A program made the translations under genes and the position numbers. This document shows, piece by piece, positions 28,703 to 32,000 of a stretch of DNA of 32,000 nt (position 1 is its first letter; the number at the start of each line of letters is the position of its first letter). Under the pieces are notes generated by a model. The model was given only the letters and a program-made list of their open reading frames with translations. It made no database searches and was not told the DNA's origin. This DNA comes from Candidatus Kuenenia stuttgartensis (GTDB taxonomy: Bacteria; Planctomycetota; Brocadiia; Brocadiales; Brocadiaceae), in the NCBI RefSeq assembly GCF_900232105.1, contig NZ_LT934425.1:120001-152000 (forward strand), given 5' to 3'.

Positions 28703-28969
28703 TGGTGTAAAATTCCTTTTTAATAATAACGTCAATGTAATTCTCTATTGAAGAAAATACAATAGTCATATAAAATGTTTCACTTGTGGTAAATTTTTTA
28801 ATCTATGTAATCTATGTAATCTGTAGTTCCGCCTTTCGTATTTCATGCTTGATTGGTGCTGGCTATGCCAGTTTAGGAATATGTTAAGTAATATAGCTTC
28901 AGGGCCTGTATGAAAAGTAAAGTAATAGAGGCTAGTTTATCTAAGAATAAAGATTTAGGCAAGTGCAAT

Positions 28970-29764
28970 ATGACAGAAAAGATCAGGATAGGCATTGTCC
29001 CTTATATGAACGCAAAGCCTTTGATATATGGACTTGAATGCCATAAAGATTCCATAGAATTGTTATTTGAAGTGCCTTCGCTTTTGCCTGGCATGCTGAA
29101 CAATGATCGTATTGATGTAGCCCTCATTCCTTCCATTGAATATTTCAGGAATGGGTGTTTTGCAATTATACCGCATATAGCAATCGCTTCCCACGGGGCG
29201 GTTGAAAGCGTTAAGATATTTTCTAAAGTACCGATTGCAAACATACAAACTGCGGCATTAGACACAAGTTCATTAACTTCCCGCGCACTTACAAGGATTA
29301 TTTTACATGGTCAATATCACCTTACGCCCGGGTACACGCAATTTAATGAACAGTATAACATTGCTGAAACAAGGGCAGATGCTGTTTTAATTATTGGCGA
29401 TAACGCTATCAAGGCGGCAGACAATGGGTACGTTACCTTAGACCTCGGACAGGCATGGTATGAATATACAAGACTGCCTTTTGTTTATGCGGTCTGGGTG
29501 GTGAAACGAGGGAGAAAAATACCCGGACTAAACGAATTACTGTTGAACTCAAAAAAAATGGGCATTCAGCACATAAAAGAAATTGCCGTGTCTGAAGCAA
29601 AACGGCTTAATATATCATTCGATACATGCCTGCATTATCTTACAAATGCTATTCAATACGATTTAGAGAAGGAGGAGATACAAGGGCTTAAGAAATTTTA
29701 CCAGTGTGCGGTAGCAATAGAATTAGCGCCCAAAGGAGAAAGGGTTATATTTAATGACACCTGA
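28970..29764 (+). CDS. mqnA: Chorismate dehydratase (futalosine menaquinone pathway)
   Basis: IRIGIVPYMNAKPLIYGLE, ALIPSIEYFRN, IIGDNAIKA, LDLGQAWYEYTRLPFVYAVWV; overlaps mqnC. Start taken at ATG 28970. Confidence 0.88.
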   Translation: MTEKIRIGIVPYMNAKPLIYGLECHKDSIELLFEVPSLLPGMLNNDRIDVALIPSIEYFRNGCFAIIPHIAIASHGAVESVKIFSKVPIANIQTAALDTSSLTSRALTRIILHGQYHLTPGYTQFNEQYNIAETRADAVLIIGDNAIKAADNGYVTLDLGQAWYEYTRLPFVYAVWVVKRGRKIPGLNELLLNSKKMGIQHIKEIAVSEAKRLNISFDTCLHYLTNAIQYDLEKEEIQGLKKFYQCAVAIELAPKGERVIFNDT

Positions 29765-30836
29765 TTACTGCCCGGCAGACAAGCATCTGCAGGAAGTACT
29801 TTTAAAACCGGTACAAAATAAAAGAATAACTGCTGATGAAGGTGCATGTCTCTTTGAATATAAAGAGCTTCTCATGTTGGGAATTGCTGCTGACGAGGTC
29901 TGCAAGATGAAACACCCGGAAAACTTCCGTACCTACATTATTGACAGAAACATCAATTATACGAATATTTGCACATCAGGGTGCAAATTCTGCGCCTTTT
30001 ATAAAAATATTGAACATAGTGATGGATACATCATTTCAAAAAAGGAGCTTTATAAAAAAATAGAAGAAACTTTAGCATTAGGCGGTAAGCAGATACTCAT
30101 GCAAGGGGGACTGCACCCAGCGCTAAAGATAGATTTTTATACTGATTTATTACTCTCCATTAAGAAAAACTTCGATATACACATACACGCCTTTTCTCCT
30201 CCGGAGATAATGCATTTTTCCCATCTAAATACCCTACCAATGCCGGAAGTGATACGTATATTAAAAGAAGCGGGGCTTGATTCCATTCCAGGCGGCGGCG
30301 CTGAAATATTGACGGATCGTTGCAGAAAAATCATAAGCCCAAATAAATGTTCTGCGCGGGAATGGCTGGACGTGATGCAATCTGCCCATGAACAGGGCAT
30401 GAAAACGACTGCTACAATGATGTTTGGCCATATCGAAACTACGGAAGAACGCATCGAACATTTTGAAAAAATCCGGCAGCTCCAGGATAAAACAGGCGGG
30501 TTTACCGCCTTTATCGCATGGACATTTCAACCGAAAAACACACAATTGGAAAACGCTCTTTCCGGCAGTCATGATTATTTAAAAACCTTAGCCATTTCCC
30601 GGCTGTATCTTGATAACATTGAGAATATCCAGGCATCATGGGTCACACAAGGCGCTAAAATAGCGCAACTCTCTTTAAAATTCGGTGCGAATGACATGGG
30701 GAGCACAATGATTGAGGAAAATGTTGTGAAGGCAGCGGGAGTAAGTTATACCATGGAAAAAGAGGAAATTGAATTTTTGATAAACGACGCCGGCTACCAG
30801 GCGAAACAGCGCGATTTATATTATACCCTCGTGTAA
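29754..30836 (+). CDS. mqnC: Cyclic dehypoxanthine futalosine synthase (radical SAM)
   Basis: YIIDRNINYTNICTSGCKFCAFYK radical SAM CxxxCxxC; ILMQGGLHPALKIDFY; HIHAFSPPEI; GLDSIPGGGAEIL; TTATMMFGHIETTEERIEH; GGFTAFIAWTFQPKNT. Confidence 0.95.
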   Translation: MTPDYCPADKHLQEVLLKPVQNKRITADEGACLFEYKELLMLGIAADEVCKMKHPENFRTYIIDRNINYTNICTSGCKFCAFYKNIEHSDGYIISKKELYKKIEETLALGGKQILMQGGLHPALKIDFYTDLLLSIKKNFDIHIHAFSPPEIMHFSHLNTLPMPEVIRILKEAGLDSIPGGGAEILTDRCRKIISPNKCSAREWLDVMQSAHEQGMKTTATMMFGHIETTEERIEHFEKIRQLQDKTGGFTAFIAWTFQPKNTQLENALSGSHDYLKTLAISRLYLDNIENIQASWVTQGAKIAQLSLKFGANDMGSTMIEENVVKAAGVSYTMEKEEIEFLINDAGYQAKQRDLYYTLV

Positions 30837-31047
30837 ATCCATTGTCTTCCGAATAAGAGAGAGAATTATGTGGGATGGGTCAAAGCCTGTGTCCCGAGCA
30901 TGCCGAATGGACGAAGCAGACCCATCAGTAACATTTCTATACTGTAAGAGTTCACAAACAGGGATTTCTAAAATTAGATTTAACTTTTGTTGACATAGAT
31001 AGTTATAGCATTTCTGAAATCACATTTTGTGAACCCTTTGAGTATAT

Positions 31048-31998
31048 CTATGCTGAAATATTACAAATATTTTGTATGAAGGAAACCCTTTCTTCCAAAG
31101 TGTTTAGTTCTTTGTAGCGTTGCTCAACGATTTTCAGACGCGGCAATAATCCTGCGCAATTGGCGATTTGGATGTTGAGACCCGGACGCGCATTCAATTC
31201 TAAGAGCATAGGCCCCTTGTCTCTGTCAATAACAATATCTATTCCCTGATAACCTAATCCTGTGAGTTGGTAACACCGTGCGGCCAGGTTCAATAAATTC
31301 TCCCAGTTTGGGATCTTTATGCCGGTTATTTCAATACCTGTATCCGGGTGTTCCGTAATAATATCATTAAACCATACCCCTGTAGTGGTGATACCTGTTG
31401 CTATATCAATACCAACGCCTATTGCACCCTGATGCAAATTTGCTTTGCCATTCGATAAATGTGTTGGCAGGCGCATCATTGACATAACCGGCACTCCGAG
31501 AAAAACAATAATGCGAATATCAGGCATTCCCTGATAGGTAAGGTCTCTGAAAAATGGGGCAAGCTGCACCGTATATTCTACGAACGCCCTATCGGTATGT
31601 CCTCCTATACTATATACGCCGCTAAGAATCTCTAAAATGTGATTTTCAAGGAACTCTTCACTAACGATCGTCCTTCCCAGGGTTCGATATCCTTTCTTAG
31701 AATGGCCGGTGATAACGATTATGCCATTTCCACTGCTCCCATGGGCAGGTTTAATAACGAATGTGGAATGTTTTTTGAGAATGGCATGTATATCCCGTGC
31801 CTGATGGTTTACTGCTACAACGGCATACAATTCGGGGACGTTAATGCCCGCCTGTATTGCAAGTTTCTTGGTAAGTAATTTGTCATCCACAAGCGGGTAT
31901 AGGCACCGCTTATTATACTTTGAGATATAATCGATATTACGGCGATTAATTCCAACAATTCCTAATTTATGCAATTGTTTTATGAGTTTTGGAATCAT
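31048..31998 (-). CDS. ATP-grasp alpha-L-glutamate ligase-like protein (RimK-related)
   Basis: NVPELYAV...FVIKPAHGSSGNGIIVI, DRAFVEYTVQL, PDIRIIVFLGVPVMSMMRLPT, KANLHQGAIGVGIDIATG, GPMLLELNARPGLNIQIAN. The true start could lie beyond the window. Confidence 0.85.
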   Translation of the reverse strand: MIPKLIKQLHKLGIVGINRRNIDYISKYNKRCLYPLVDDKLLTKKLAIQAGINVPELYAVVAVNHQARDIHAILKKHSTFVIKPAHGSSGNGIIVITGHSKKGYRTLGRTIVSEEFLENHILEILSGVYSIGGHTDRAFVEYTVQLAPFFRDLTYQGMPDIRIIVFLGVPVMSMMRLPTHLSNGKANLHQGAIGVGIDIATGITTTGVWFNDIITEHPDTGIEITGIKIPNWENLLNLAARCYQLTGLGYQGIDIVIDRDKGPMLLELNARPGLNIQIANCAGLLPRLKIVEQRYKELNTLEERVSFIQNICNISA

Positions 31999-32000
31999 TA

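Noticed and set aside
28796-28828. Short tandem repeat ATCTATGTAATCTATGTAATCTG
   Set aside because: Only about 2.5 units of 9 bp in an AT-rich intergenic region; not enough to support a repeat array or regulatory role.
1-32000. Searched by eye for CRISPR arrays, tRNA and rRNA genes, retron/DGR components and integrases
   Set aside because: No regularly spaced direct repeats, rRNA-like conserved stretches, reverse transcriptase or integrase motifs were recognised. A tRNAscan or Infernal run would be needed to exclude short RNAs.

Overview
This 32 kb bacterial window looks like an anammox-type planctomycete (Kuenenia/Brocadia-like). That placement is an inference from gene content and style, not tested. 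Minus strand, left edge: the 5' part of an F0F1-ATP synthase operon (AtpZ/AtpI-like proteins, atpB, atpE), a PhoU-like helical protein and hemL. Plus strand: purN; an exported matrixin-like protease with a C-terminal carboxypeptidase-regulatory-like domain; a TonB-dependent receptor; two exported solute-binding proteins with no transporter genes; a large hybrid histidine kinase with HAMP, two REC domains and HPt; a DUF433/DUF5615 toxin-antitoxin-like pair; a REC-GGDEF diguanylate cyclase; and a SNF2 helicase with a SWIM zinc-finger protein carrying a histone-H1-like Lys/Ala tail. Further right: an HI0933-family flavoprotein, an exported regulatory-like-domain protein, a PTS EIIA (PtsN-like) gene split by a complete IS1634-like element, an unannotated IS3-family remnant, a TPR-type exported protein, an amidohydrolase and an exported FmdE-like protein, mqnA-mqnC of the futalosine menaquinone pathway, and an ATP-grasp ligase. 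The strongest observations are: (1) the EIIA gene is split at a 4-bp CTAG duplication whose removal exactly restores a 153-aa ORF; (2) a 34-bp imperfect repeat marks both sides of the DUF433/DUF5615 module, which appears to have inserted at what was an overlapping kinase/cyclase gene junction; (3) a TonB receptor, orphan binding proteins, hybrid kinase and cyclase form a possible ligand-sensing cassette; (4) a decayed IS3 transposase is missed by the ORF track. I found no CRISPR array, rRNA, tRNA or clear defence island. No observation here establishes a wholly new biological system.
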